This document shows, piece by piece, positions 53,496 to 62,903 of a stretch of DNA of 64,000 nt. A model generated the notes under the pieces. It did no database searches and had not been told where the DNA came from. It saw only the letters and a program-made list of their open reading frames with translations. The first letter of the stretch is position 1; each line of letters opens with the position of its first letter. Location: the IMG/VR virus record IMGVR_UViG_3300045988_150343; one strand, given 5' to 3'. This DNA is from a virus. The position numbers and the translations under genes were made by a program.

Positions 53496-54592
53496 ATTGA
53501 TTGGGTTTCTAAGGGTTTAAGAGGAGGGCATATCTCATTATGAAGGAGATTATGGTCAGATACTCTTTTGAAAATCAATTCTTGAGTAGCACTGTATGGT
53601 ACTAACCCCGAATTGATTAATTCCCGTATATTGGGAGAGTAACGGGGATTACCTTGTTCGTCCCTACTCCAAGCAGTATCTTTAAGAATTAAGGCTCGAT
53701 CATGAAAATCTTTTAGATTATAGGTAGCAGAGGCTAATATCCAGAACTGGTCCTCGAACATACCTGAACGACCCCATTCTATTTGAAGGATAGGGGGAGA
53801 GCTGTAATAGCCATTAGCCATTGTCCAAGACTCCAGCTTTCGACAATTGTTGATGACTTCATAAGGGTTAAATCCCGGATCTCCAGGTTTTTTGGATAAG
53901 AACCAGGAGGTGTTAATATGAAGCTCTTGACTTGCTCCAAGGTAGTGATACATTGGTAGGTTACGTCCCATAGATTTAATATCAGCCCAAGAAGACTCGG
54001 GCTTCATCTCTATCATATTAGGCCGGATTTGAAGCACTATCTTATCTGCCTTCTCTCCAAAAAGGTTATAAATGATAACCTGGTTTGGCTGTATGAGGGT
54101 ATTTAAATCCTTACTCTTACCAAGAAGGTCAAGCACATTGTCAATCTGTTGTCCATTAGCCATAACCCAAGGTATGTTATGTCCAAACCGGACTCTGGGT
54201 TGAAAGGTGTCGGGTCTAGATTTTGGGCTCCACTCCTGGATGTCCACCTTTCGGAGTTTTTGGGATGACTCCAGAGAATTAGCTATATAGACAGAACCAT
54301 TATTGGGTTCTGATTTAGCTTTATTAATACCATCCCAAGCTTTTCTTTTGATGCTCCTAGCCATTAATAAAGCTCGCCACCCTTTCATAAGGATGCCATT
54401 AGTAACCCGTTCAGCTACTGGGTTATCAATGGCTTTCCCATAAAAGTTAGTTGCTATGCCTATTGCTTTACCAACCGTACTGGTATATTTATCAACTCCA
54501 GCACCCCAACCAAGAGGTAGAAGATGATCATGTCTAAATTGTGTACCAGTACCTAAGGGCTGGGGATATAGTCGTTTTTTAATATTTGCCAT
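53492..54592 (-). CDS. tail protein downstream of the tape measure (position of Mu gp43-like / tube-baseplate adaptor)
   Basis: 366-aa ORF. The call rests on synteny only. Confidence 0.6.
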   Translation of the reverse strand: MANIKKRLYPQPLGTGTQFRHDHLLPLGWGAGVDKYTSTVGKAIGIATNFYGKAIDNPVAERVTNGILMKGWRALLMARSIKRKAWDGINKAKSEPNNGSVYIANSLESSQKLRKVDIQEWSPKSRPDTFQPRVRFGHNIPWVMANGQQIDNVLDLLGKSKDLNTLIQPNQVIIYNLFGEKADKIVLQIRPNMIEMKPESSWADIKSMGRNLPMYHYLGASQELHINTSWFLSKKPGDPGFNPYEVINNCRKLESWTMANGYYSSPPILQIEWGRSGMFEDQFWILASATYNLKDFHDRALILKDTAWSRDEQGNPRYSPNIRELINSGLVPYSATQELIFKRVSDHNLLHNEICPPLKPLETQSI

Positions 54593-54604
54593 AACCTAAG
54601 GGTT

Positions 54605-56644
54605 TTAGAATCCTGGATTAGGTATACCGAACTCATTAAATAGATCGAGAGTATAGTTATCGCCGCCCATCAGGGTTTGTACCGGAGCCCCATCTACGGT
54701 TATGTTCACGGCATTTATGCTGTCTCCGTAAATTTTCTTAAGGGCCTCTGCTAAAGCTTTATCCCTGCGAGCTTGATATAATTGTGGGTTGTTTCGGAGT
54801 TCTTCCATCTTCTGACGTTCTTCCTCCTCTTTCCTCCTCCGTTCTTCTTCTTGGGATGCCGTGTTGCCTCGTATGACATCAATAAGGGAGGGCAAAAGAG
54901 TAGCTGCAGCCATAAGCCCAATACCTATTGGGCCTCCGGATAAACTTACAATAGCTCCTCCTAACCTTAGTAGACCTCTACCCATACCTTTCATAGCCCC
55001 CGAGAAACCTGAAACTTTAGGGAACCATTTGCCAAAGGTATTAGTTTGGCCCTGTTGAACACCATTACCTCCTCTACTGGGACCTTGGCTTACTAACCAA
55101 TTCTGTATAAAGTTAGGGTTGGTGCTTCGGTGTCTCTTACCTGTGGCATCTATATAGCTTAAACCCACTTTATCAGTTGTACGACTCTTATATATATAAG
55201 CACCGTTTGCTAAAGAGGATTTTTTACCAGGAGCTAAAGCTGCTCCCTCAGCCATTATCGCCTTTGAGTAGGCCATATTTTGAGCCATAGCTTTGGCACT
55301 TAACCCCATACGGTTAAGGGTCATTTGAGTCATAAGTATGGTTTCTCTCAAGGAGACCACTAAAGCCCTCATCATCCTTACTCCTACAACTAGAGGAGAA
55401 ACCAGAGTAAGGAAAAGGCCGCCTTTTATAAGCCACCCGATTACAGGTACATTAGTAAGTTTAAATGCCTGCACCAAGACCCAATTAATAGCGTCTAAGA
55501 AAGGATTAAGAAAATCTGCAGCAAATTCTCCAATTCTCTGTTGAAGGGCGTCCAGAACTGAATGGAGCCTTTCAATTTTACCCTGGGGAATTTCCTGACG
55601 CTCTGCCATAGCCTGATTAAGTGAGTTCTGTCGGGTACCATACGCGTTCATAATCTTGCTATAGGTATCTTGTCCTGAGTTTAGTTGTCGAACTACTGCC
55701 AACATATTACGAGAACCACGAACTCCGGTGATAGCTGTTATGAGGTCAGCAGTCTCCAATCCTGAGATATTTTTGTTCTGAACAGCTTTTGCCAAAGTTT
55801 TATAAACCTGATATAAGTCTACCAGTTCTCCTCTAGCATCTACAAAGTCTGCTTTAGACAGCCCTAAACGAGCTAGAGCCTTAGCTCCAGACTCTTTTTG
55901 ACCGGAAAGGGATTGACGAAGGTAACGCATAGTATTAGCCAAAGCAGTACCAGCCATCGAACCCTGAATACCCATGTCTCCCAAAAGGCCTATAGCAGCA
56001 GCAGTTTCTTTAACTCCATAACCCATAGTTGCCATTTCAGCACCAGCATATTTAATAGAGTTAGCTAAATCCCTTAGATCCATATTAGCACTGGTAGTAG
56101 CTACATACAAATCATTAGCTACTTGTTCGACTTGAGAAGAGGGGAGTTGATACGTTGACATGATATTAGTTATCAAGTCAGCTACACCTCCTTTTCCACC
56201 AGCTTCCATACCAAATATAGAGGAAAGCTTAGAAATAGCTGGGATCATATCCTTAATCTTTTCTACTGAGTTGCCAGCCATAGCTAAGAACTTTTCAGCA
56301 GATGCAATGTCTCCAGTAGTAAGAGGTACTTCCAAGTTAGTGCTCTCTGCAAGGTCTCGGAGTTCTTTTAATTGCTGATTGGTAGCATTAGCCATTTTTC
56401 CTGTGAGGAAGATGTCTTTCCCTACTCCGGCATAGGCCTTATAGGCATCAAGTACCTTATTGGCACCGGTAACTGCTAAATCAAAGACTTCACCATAAGA
56501 AGCCTGTACAGCTCTACCTGTGCTTTGCAGGTTATTCATCATGGTTTGGAAGGCTGAAGTCACTCTACCAGCATTCTGAGAAAACTGGTCTCGGAGTACC
56601 ATATTTACGCCCACCTGAACAAATGAGCTACTTAGTGAAGCCAT
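54605..56644 (-). CDS. tail tape measure protein
   Basis: 679 aa. Ala/Gly/Leu/Met-rich and helical, with internal hydrophobic segments 'GWLIKGGLFLTLVSPLVVGV' and 'GGPIGIGLMAAATLLPSL'. It immediately follows the frameshifted chaperone gene. Confidence 0.8.
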   Translation of the reverse strand: MASLSSSFVQVGVNMVLRDQFSQNAGRVTSAFQTMMNNLQSTGRAVQASYGEVFDLAVTGANKVLDAYKAYAGVGKDIFLTGKMANATNQQLKELRDLAESTNLEVPLTTGDIASAEKFLAMAGNSVEKIKDMIPAISKLSSIFGMEAGGKGGVADLITNIMSTYQLPSSQVEQVANDLYVATTSANMDLRDLANSIKYAGAEMATMGYGVKETAAAIGLLGDMGIQGSMAGTALANTMRYLRQSLSGQKESGAKALARLGLSKADFVDARGELVDLYQVYKTLAKAVQNKNISGLETADLITAITGVRGSRNMLAVVRQLNSGQDTYSKIMNAYGTRQNSLNQAMAERQEIPQGKIERLHSVLDALQQRIGEFAADFLNPFLDAINWVLVQAFKLTNVPVIGWLIKGGLFLTLVSPLVVGVRMMRALVVSLRETILMTQMTLNRMGLSAKAMAQNMAYSKAIMAEGAALAPGKKSSLANGAYIYKSRTTDKVGLSYIDATGKRHRSTNPNFIQNWLVSQGPSRGGNGVQQGQTNTFGKWFPKVSGFSGAMKGMGRGLLRLGGAIVSLSGGPIGIGLMAAATLLPSLIDVIRGNTASQEEERRRKEEEERQKMEELRNNPQLYQARRDKALAEALKKIYGDSINAVNITVDGAPVQTLMGGDNYTLDLFNEFGIPNPGF

Positions 56645-56645
56645 T

Positions 56646-57583
56646 TTATTTCTTCTTTAATGATTTATCAATATCCTCATAATACGAGGCCGCCATATCG
56701 AAAAACTTTTTACGGCTTCGATATGGCAACCTAATGTATTCTGAGTAAGTTAGAGTTATCTTGCTTCTACAGATAAAAACGAATTCTTCTTCGTTTAGAC
56801 ACCCTCCTCGAGGAAGAAAAAAGTTGGGATAGCGAATAGAGATAGGGTTAATTTTTCTCCAGTTTCTGGATTAGAGATAACCGTAGTTGGGTCAGCAGTT
56901 GGGTCTACGGTGTTTACCAACTTTCTCAATTCTCCCATATCTCTAGAGGAGAACAAAGCAAAGTTAAGCACCCTTTCCCACTTACCATCTACCTCAAGTT
57001 CGAGTTCACGGAGTATAAGCTCTGAGTTTCGAGTCTGCTCGGTATCTCGAAGTTTTATTACTGCTAGTTCGGTATAACCATTAGAAGCATGAAAACGTAT
57101 ATGCTTCCCACTTTTAAGGGTATGCTCAATGGGTACGAAAGGATCCTGAACATATACGGGTAATGCTTTGGGTTTTACTTGAAGCTCCTCCTCGGTGATG
57201 TTCTCGGGATTTGCATAATCACTGAGAAGGTATTCTTGAAGATCCTGAGAATACTCGAATTCATCGAATTGGTCTGTGTCTTCTCCTTTAGGCCACCGAT
57301 GGGAAAATTCAAGCTCTTCTCCCAAGGAGAAGATACGAGATTGAAGAATAATACACATACGGTCAAGAGTCGGAAGACCCATTACCTCCTTGAGGGTAAG
57401 CTTACCAGCTTTACGAGAAGTAGATAGGATTATACCCTGAAGGTAATTGGTGATGCTCATACCTCGACGAGCTTCGGCTTGATTACTGATGATTTCCTCG
57501 TCCTGGCCATTCTGTTCTCGAATGGTGTATTCTGTACCAGAAGGAGCAACAAAGGTGAATGTGTTTAAAGTTGGTGTATCCAT
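56646..57583 (-). CDS. tail assembly chaperone, -1 frameshift-extended form (G-T / E-E' analog), ~312 aa
   Basis: The slippery heptamer T_TTT_TTC (56822-56816) is in the zero-frame phase ACT TTT TTC. The -1 frame then stays open for 56 codons (LPRGGCLNEEEFVFICRSKITLTYSEYIRLPYRSRKKFFDMAASYYEDIDKSLKKK) and stops at TAA 56648-56646, 1 nt before the tape-measure ATG (56644). Confidence 0.6.
56795..57583 (-). CDS. tail assembly chaperone (zero-frame product)
   Basis: 262-aa ORF between the tube and tape-measure genes. It carries the slippery site 6 codons before its stop. Confidence 0.65.
   Translation of the reverse strand: MDTPTLNTFTFVAPSGTEYTIREQNGQDEEIISNQAEARRGMSITNYLQGIILSTSRKAGKLTLKEVMGLPTLDRMCIILQSRIFSLGEELEFSHRWPKGEDTDQFDEFEYSQDLQEYLLSDYANPENITEEELQVKPKALPVYVQDPFVPIEHTLKSGKHIRFHASNGYTELAVIKLRDTEQTRNSELILRELELEVDGKWERVLNFALFSSRDMGELRKLVNTVDPTADPTTVISNPETGEKLTLSLFAIPTFFFLEEGV
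56816..56822 (-). other. programmed -1 ribosomal frameshift slippery site T_TTT_TTC
   Basis: The + strand GAAAAAA at 56816-56822 equals minus-strand TTTTTTC. Its phase was checked against the ORF stop at 56795-56797. Confidence 0.6.
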
Positions 57584-57588
57584 TTTTA

Positions 57589-57830
57589 ACTGGGTTTAAA
57601 AATTATTTAATATGTTAATATGTTGCGTTGATAAGACTCCCAAAGGGAAGCCTACGGCAGATGCTAGCATTTCTGCAAGTATTCTTCTTGGTGTTTTATC
57701 TTTAGGGAATATACCTTCCACTAGGAGAGTTAAATTTAATATTGGTAATGAAATGACTAGTCTGGGTAAAAACAAAGAAAGCTGGACTCCCAAGATGTAG
57801 GATATCCAGCTCTCTCCACTTAAACCCAGT
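57589..57830. repeat. 242-bp intergenic segment bracketed by an 11-bp perfect inverted repeat
   Basis: ACTGGGTTTAA (57589-57599) and TTAAACCCAGT (57820-57830) are exact reverse complements. Between the tube stop and the chaperone start there is only a 65-aa TTG-start ORF. Confidence 0.6.
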
Positions 57831-57840
57831 GTGAAGGTTA

Positions 57841-58305
57841 TTAGTACTTGTCCCAGGTTCCTACCGAAAATTCGATGGACTCGATGGTGTTATCGGAAGA
57901 CATACGGTCTAATTCAAGGCCATTAACCTTGGTAGGCCATACCTCAGTACCCAAATGGGAGTTAATGGCAGTTACACCATCCTCAGCCAGTTCCTCTACC
58001 AGCACGGTTTCCCAGTACTGTTCAGAGGTGAGGCCCCCACCATTGACATGGTCCTGACAGGCATAAAGCCAGTCATGTAACCAGTTATCTGGTCCACCAG
58101 TAGTCATGAGTTTCTCTATGGTAAGGTTACCAATAGATACTCGGCCGGCAGTTTTAACATCTCTGTTGATATCACCATGAGCTACCTGCTCGATCTCTAT
58201 GTCTGGTAAAGTTACCTTCTGACAGAGATAAGCATTCATGGGATGCTTAACAAAGGTAATCCGAAATAGAAACTTTTTTCGGGGATTTTTTACTTTAGCG
58301 CCCAT
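57841..58305 (-). CDS. tail tube protein (T4 gp19 / contractile-tail tube family)
   Basis: 154 aa, immediately downstream of the sheath gene. 'FLFRITFVKHPMNAYLCQKVTLPDIEIEQVAHG' fits the tube pattern (F.v.i.......f..vsgl..e.e..e...g). Confidence 0.75.
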   Translation of the reverse strand: MGAKVKNPRKKFLFRITFVKHPMNAYLCQKVTLPDIEIEQVAHGDINRDVKTAGRVSIGNLTIEKLMTTGGPDNWLHDWLYACQDHVNGGGLTSEQYWETVLVEELAEDGVTAINSHLGTEVWPTKVNGLELDRMSSDNTIESIEFSVGTWDKY

Positions 58306-58311
58306 AATAAT

Positions 58312-60363
58312 TTATTCTTCGGTTATTGATACAGATTTTGAAGCTGCATCGATGGAGATGCCCAAGGTGATGTCAACCATAGGAACAATGTCCTTGATCT
58401 TCAACTTAGCCTTATATTTGCCCTGTCGAACTTCAGCCTCGTTATTCACATGGAGCTGGTCATAGCTCTGAGCATTCTGGTCACCTAACCATGTATAATC
58501 TGACATGCCATTAGCATCTACTATAGCATCCAGAACGGGTTTAACCTCACAGTACATAGTTTTCCAAGTAAACCAAATATTAGGCTCTTCGATGTATTTC
58601 TCTAAAATAGGTCGGAGAGTCTTTTTGATATACAGGATTAGACCAGTGATAGACAGGAATCGGAAAGAATCCTGTTTGAACTGAGTAGAGTAACAGTTCC
58701 ACAGAGTGGTCTGTTTACCAGCAGCGGGGGTATCCTTGAGGCAGAATACATTGATGTAATTCTGGGCCAGTTCATTGAGCTGGTCATATCGAGAAGGAGA
58801 ACCGTAGTTGGGGATAACCGGGCCTATAGCATCATAAGCAATGCCCTTTTGGAGACCTGCAAAAGATTCCCAATAGCCCCGAGTAGTAGCTACGGTGTCT
58901 GCCAAACCCAAAACAGTGCCAATACAATCGGCATTCTGAAGTTCTCCTTCTGAATCGTAGAACTGAAGGCCTCCACCGAAAAGACCCACCCACTTAGAAT
59001 TGCCCATAGTACCTATCCACTGCTTAGAAAGTTCTACCATAGCAGAAGCATTAGTTGGGTCTGTAGGAGCTTTATAGTTATTGTTATCAGCTGTCCACCA
59101 AGGAAGTTCGACAAAGTATCGGTACTCCTCTAATTGGTTAAAGAGGGTAACTACCTCTTTATGAAGTTGGATTACTTCAGAAGGTGGAAGGTGATGGTTG
59201 ATACCAGAGAAAGCTACATTGTAACAATCGGTGTAATCCCGAACGACATCGATGGCATCCTTCCATTCCTTAAGAGTTGGCTCTGAACCAGGGTTACCAG
59301 TAGAAGCAAGCCATACTATCGGAAGCGTAGGTTCCTCATTTGAATCACCGACCTTCATAAAGATATCCTTTGTCAGCCCTACGCCTGTCGTCGGCATTGG
59401 AAAACGGAAACGGAAATTAATTTGGTCGCCTCTTGCTTTTACATTTTTATCAAAAAGCGTCGCCGTAAATTCATTTGTCGTTCCTTCCACCTTTGTCATC
59501 CCTACAAATTTTGGGTCCGCTGGTAATTGGTCACACCAGAGTTCTGGCGTTGCAGCTCCAACTTCGCTTAATTTGATTTTGAACACCATTTGGTTGTCAG
59601 CCGTTGTTGTTGCACTAAATTCAATGGTGGGGAGATATCCATCGGCTTTTTCAACCCAATTAGCCTCATCATTACCTCCAGCAGTGCCATGGTATGTCAC
59701 TTCTGAAACATTAGTTACTGAAGGAGTAATGGTGATTGCAGTAGTAGCCTGGTCAAGCCAAGACTTAAGCTTGGAAGGAGTATTGACGTTCTGACCGGAG
59801 TTATCAGCTGAGACGAAAAGGGTCAGATACTGGGATAAGGCGTTGAACTTAGTGATACCCGTAGCATCTACCTGAGGAAGGCCATCCTGTTCATTGTACT
59901 TGAACAGGTAAAGGTTTTCCAATACAGTACCAGTAGCAGTAGATATAACCTGTAGGTAAGTTGCATACGCCTGGGTAACTAGCTTTACTTTGAATGTGTC
60001 TTGGCCATCTATCGGATCACCATAACCTTGAGTCTTAAACCCGATTGCTACTGACTTACCGTCAATGGCAAAGGTAATAGTGCCGGGAACGGTGCCTTGC
60101 GTAGAGCCGGGACCCAGCACACGGCATATACGCAGCTTTGAACCACCTTTAAGGGCTTTCTCTATGGGAGATACCGTACTACCCGGGATTACTTCTTCTC
60201 CAAAAACTCTCTGAAAATGAGTAGGAGTAGAGATAATTTCCGAGGGGTCCAGTTTAGGCCCTTTAGTAGTTCTAGCAAACACAAAGGAAACTCCCAATGA
60301 GGGAGTACTCTCCTGAACATTGTTGTTCTCTATGGAGAAGCTTACTTTGGGTGCGTTAGACAT
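58312..60363 (-). CDS. contractile tail sheath protein (with an inserted domain)
   Basis: 683 aa. The call rests on size and on the sheath-tube-chaperone-TMP gene order. The middle (~59330-59700) encodes an extra beta-rich domain with different codon choice. Confidence 0.75.
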   Translation of the reverse strand: MSNAPKVSFSIENNNVQESTPSLGVSFVFARTTKGPKLDPSEIISTPTHFQRVFGEEVIPGSTVSPIEKALKGGSKLRICRVLGPGSTQGTVPGTITFAIDGKSVAIGFKTQGYGDPIDGQDTFKVKLVTQAYATYLQVISTATGTVLENLYLFKYNEQDGLPQVDATGITKFNALSQYLTLFVSADNSGQNVNTPSKLKSWLDQATTAITITPSVTNVSEVTYHGTAGGNDEANWVEKADGYLPTIEFSATTTADNQMVFKIKLSEVGAATPELWCDQLPADPKFVGMTKVEGTTNEFTATLFDKNVKARGDQINFRFRFPMPTTGVGLTKDIFMKVGDSNEEPTLPIVWLASTGNPGSEPTLKEWKDAIDVVRDYTDCYNVAFSGINHHLPPSEVIQLHKEVVTLFNQLEEYRYFVELPWWTADNNNYKAPTDPTNASAMVELSKQWIGTMGNSKWVGLFGGGLQFYDSEGELQNADCIGTVLGLADTVATTRGYWESFAGLQKGIAYDAIGPVIPNYGSPSRYDQLNELAQNYINVFCLKDTPAAGKQTTLWNCYSTQFKQDSFRFLSITGLILYIKKTLRPILEKYIEEPNIWFTWKTMYCEVKPVLDAIVDANGMSDYTWLGDQNAQSYDQLHVNNEAEVRQGKYKAKLKIKDIVPMVDITLGISIDAASKSVSITEE

Positions 60364-60422
60364 TGTTATTATATTTATTTGTGAGTTATCGTTTTATATA
60401 AAATAAGGCTTCGAGTATCGCT

Positions 60423-61136
60423 TTAATCCGGAACCTGAAGGTTTACAGGGTTGCTTTCAGAAGTTTCCTCTAGGCCCATAAGAACCGATATATCTTTAAT
60501 CGGTACAAGAGTGTAGTTGGGATCATCGGGATGTGTTACCTGTTCAAGTATGCCATCTTTTACTAGATAGGTATATACCTTCTCAAGTAAACCGTGTTCA
60601 AGGTCTGGGTGGTCATAATAATTGGTTAATTCTATAAACAGGTTTCCATCTCGGTTGAGTTTCTTTTTTTGCCAAGCCTCAAAATCATTATCCAAATAAG
60701 GTACCACAAACCCTCTTACGGGTAAAGCATTGAATAGGATATTATGGAGTAACCTTAAATCGGATTGGTTATTGGCCACCAAGTGTATGTCTAAAGTGAT
60801 ATCCTTAGTTTCCCAAGGGTACTCGACTACTTGATAGGGGTCCTCACTGGTATTACCATTGTAATCAACTCCGGGTATACCAATATCTCCCGGGAAATAG
60901 CCATTTAATTCAAGGGTAATCCGGGGAGTTATTTTGGCTCCTCTAACCTGATTATTACCTACACCAAATAGATACACAAACTTAGGCAAACTAGCCTTAT
61001 CAGCCTGAAACCTTTTATCATTCTCGGGGGAGAGTGGTAAGTAATTATCAGGGTTGATAGTCAAGTTTGCCTTAAGCAATTTATGGAGAAGACATATGTA
61101 AAAGGTCCTCTCGATTATTTCCTCGGAATTAACCAT
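60423..61136 (-). CDS. structural protein (neck / tail-terminator position)
   Basis: 237-aa ORF immediately upstream of the sheath gene. Synteny only. Confidence 0.6.
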   Translation of the reverse strand: MVNSEEIIERTFYICLLHKLLKANLTINPDNYLPLSPENDKRFQADKASLPKFVYLFGVGNNQVRGAKITPRITLELNGYFPGDIGIPGVDYNGNTSEDPYQVVEYPWETKDITLDIHLVANNQSDLRLLHNILFNALPVRGFVVPYLDNDFEAWQKKKLNRDGNLFIELTNYYDHPDLEHGLLEKVYTYLVKDGILEQVTHPDDPNYTLVPIKDISVLMGLEETSESNPVNLQVPD

Positions 61137-61139
61137 ATC

Positions 61140-61331
61140 TTAAGGAGTGCTATTTATTTGCCCCTGATGAGTAAGGTAAACTATTTTATCCTCGTAGCCA
61201 GGAGCAGAGATTCTTAATTGTTTTTTAATAGTATCTCCAGTATTAACTCCAATCGGTTTAATAGTAATAGTTCTAGGAACATTAGCTTGACTGAAGAATG
61301 CGTTGGGTTCTACAATAAAATTTGAAGCCAT
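61140..61331 (-). CDS. small hypothetical structural-module protein
   Basis: 63-aa ORF with an ATG start, tightly packed between structural genes. Confidence 0.5.
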   Translation of the reverse strand: MASNFIVEPNAFFSQANVPRTITIKPIGVNTGDTIKKQLRISAPGYEDKIVYLTHQGQINSTP

Positions 61332-61333
61332 AA

Positions 61334-61903
61334 TCAGGTATATTTTCGAAATTCTTTTTTAAGTTCTTCAACTATGAAGTGATTCAATCTAGCTTCACCG
61401 CCAGCCGCCTTAAAAGCCGGGGCAAATAAAGGCCGTTGAGGAATACCATCAGTCCCCTCTTCTAACATCCTGGCTAAATGGGTTATCGTGGGACGTTGAT
61501 TTAAATTGCTTCGGGACTTTTTATTGGGGTGAGTTGCTTTAACTCCCTGAGGAAATCCTACTCTCAGTTCCTTATTCTGGCTTCGAGTAGCAAATATCCC
61601 TACTCGTCGGTACATCTGACCAATCAAATACCACGGGTGAGCATTCTCGTATCCCCAGGATTTATAAGCCTTTTTAGTTTTCTCACTTAATGGTGGCCAA
61701 GATACTCCTGACCCTGGAGGTGGTTCTCCGGTTGCTAAAGCCCTTTTAACTATCTGGAGTAGGATAGTAGCAAATCGCCGAGCCCCTTTTTCATAGGCTT
61801 TACGCATAATCTCTGGGCACCTACGGAAAAACTCCATGGCTTTCCGTTGGTCCCGGGGATTAACGTAGATTTGGATATTAGCGGGAAAGCTAAGCTTTTG
61901 CAT
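61334..61903 (-). CDS. HK97 gp10-like head-tail joining / tail-completion protein
   Basis: 189 aa. 'LARMLEEGTDGIPQRPLFAPAF' matches the HK97-gp10-family motif (..a..lEfGT...paRPf..pa). Confidence 0.6.
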   Translation of the reverse strand: MQKLSFPANIQIYVNPRDQRKAMEFFRRCPEIMRKAYEKGARRFATILLQIVKRALATGEPPPGSGVSWPPLSEKTKKAYKSWGYENAHPWYLIGQMYRRVGIFATRSQNKELRVGFPQGVKATHPNKKSRSNLNQRPTITHLARMLEEGTDGIPQRPLFAPAFKAAGGEARLNHFIVEELKKEFRKYT

Positions 61904-61906
61904 AGT

Positions 61907-62329
61907 TTACTTGAAAAGAGGTCTTACTTGCTCGAGAACCTCATTCATGAAACGGTCATGTTCGAGAGCTTCATCATCTTGGCTATTGAGACGGTAACGA
62001 CGAGCAAGAGAAGCAGTGAAAGAAATTGCCTCGGCATCAGAAGTGAGATGGTAAGCGGCTCGTTCAGCTGCATTAACTACCTTTTCATAAGTGGCCGGTC
62101 TTTTGACTACTACGGGCAATGCAAATACTGCCTGACGGGTAGTTGTTATCTCTTCTCCCTCGGCATTGATTACAAAATCAGATAATTCTTGAGTCTCATG
62201 GAACAGGAAGTAGGTGTCATAGTTTGTACCTCTGGATATCGTGAACTTCCCGTTTACCCATACACTGCTCTGAGGAGTGAAATCCTGTTCGGGGGTAGCA
62301 GGAACTTCTTGCTTAATAGGATTTAACAT
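61907..62329 (-). CDS. hypothetical head-tail connector-region protein
   Basis: 140-aa ORF, the last phage-composition gene before the GC-rich segment. Confidence 0.6.
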   Translation of the reverse strand: MLNPIKQEVPATPEQDFTPQSSVWVNGKFTISRGTNYDTYFLFHETQELSDFVINAEGEEITTTRQAVFALPVVVKRPATYEKVVNAAERAAYHLTSDAEAISFTASLARRYRLNSQDDEALEHDRFMNEVLEQVRPLFK

Positions 62330-62495
62330 ATTGGTTTGAGTTTAGAAGGGGTTTATAAATTTTAGTACTGTTCTACCGACAGACCGATAGCAAGCCCACG
62401 TTTGAAATAATTGTCTGTACCTATGATATGCACGTACTTTCCTTCGGTGCTGAATATCTCGTTGTTTTGTTTTGTTATCATAATTTATGCTATTT

Positions 62496-62903
62496 TTATG
62501 CTGATACTAATGTTATTACTCCGTTCTTTGCCTCCAACGCAGCCACTATGTCCACATCGTCTTTCAGACGGGCATAGGCTGTGGGGTGAAGTGTGATTGC
62601 TATGCTGCCTGCTGCCGCTCCACTCGGTGGGTTGGCATTAGTTATCATGTAAAGCACTGATTCCTTGCTGAGGTTAGGCGACCAAGATAATTGTATTGAT
62701 GAATGGAGCTCAGCAATCCTAATCTCTTCCAAAGCGAGGCAATCTCCGAACGTGAGGTCCCAATTATCATGTCTTTGATATATCTTGCCGTCGCTGCCGA
62801 AAATCCGCACATTTGTAGTTCCTACACATTCAGCATAATTCTCAGTCTTTTGCTTTTTCTCTGGCTTGTTTATAAATCTCATAGGCCGCAGCACGTTGCT
62901 CAT
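62496..62903 (-). CDS. hypothetical protein in the GC-rich segment (contains one 'TFGDC' motif)
   Basis: Start set at the ATG at 62903 (the track start is a TTG; another ATG lies at 62882). It overlaps the upstream ORF's 3' end by 41-62 nt. 'LTFGDCLALEEIRI' echoes the NTFGNxC repeat of the neighbouring gene. Confidence 0.45.
   Translation of the reverse strand: MSNVLRPMRFINKPEKKQKTENYAECVGTTNVRIFGSDGKIYQRHDNWDLTFGDCLALEEIRIAELHSSIQLSWSPNLSKESVLYMITNANPPSGAAAGSIAITLHPTAYARLKDDVDIVAALEAKNGVITLVSA

Noticed and set aside
57596-57793. A 65-aa minus-strand ORF in the tube-chaperone spacer.
   Set aside because: It requires a TTG start, has no ATG, has a low-complexity hydrophobic sequence and has no counterpart in the canonical sheath-tube-chaperone-TMP gene order. 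It is kept only as a caveat in the inverted-repeat finding.
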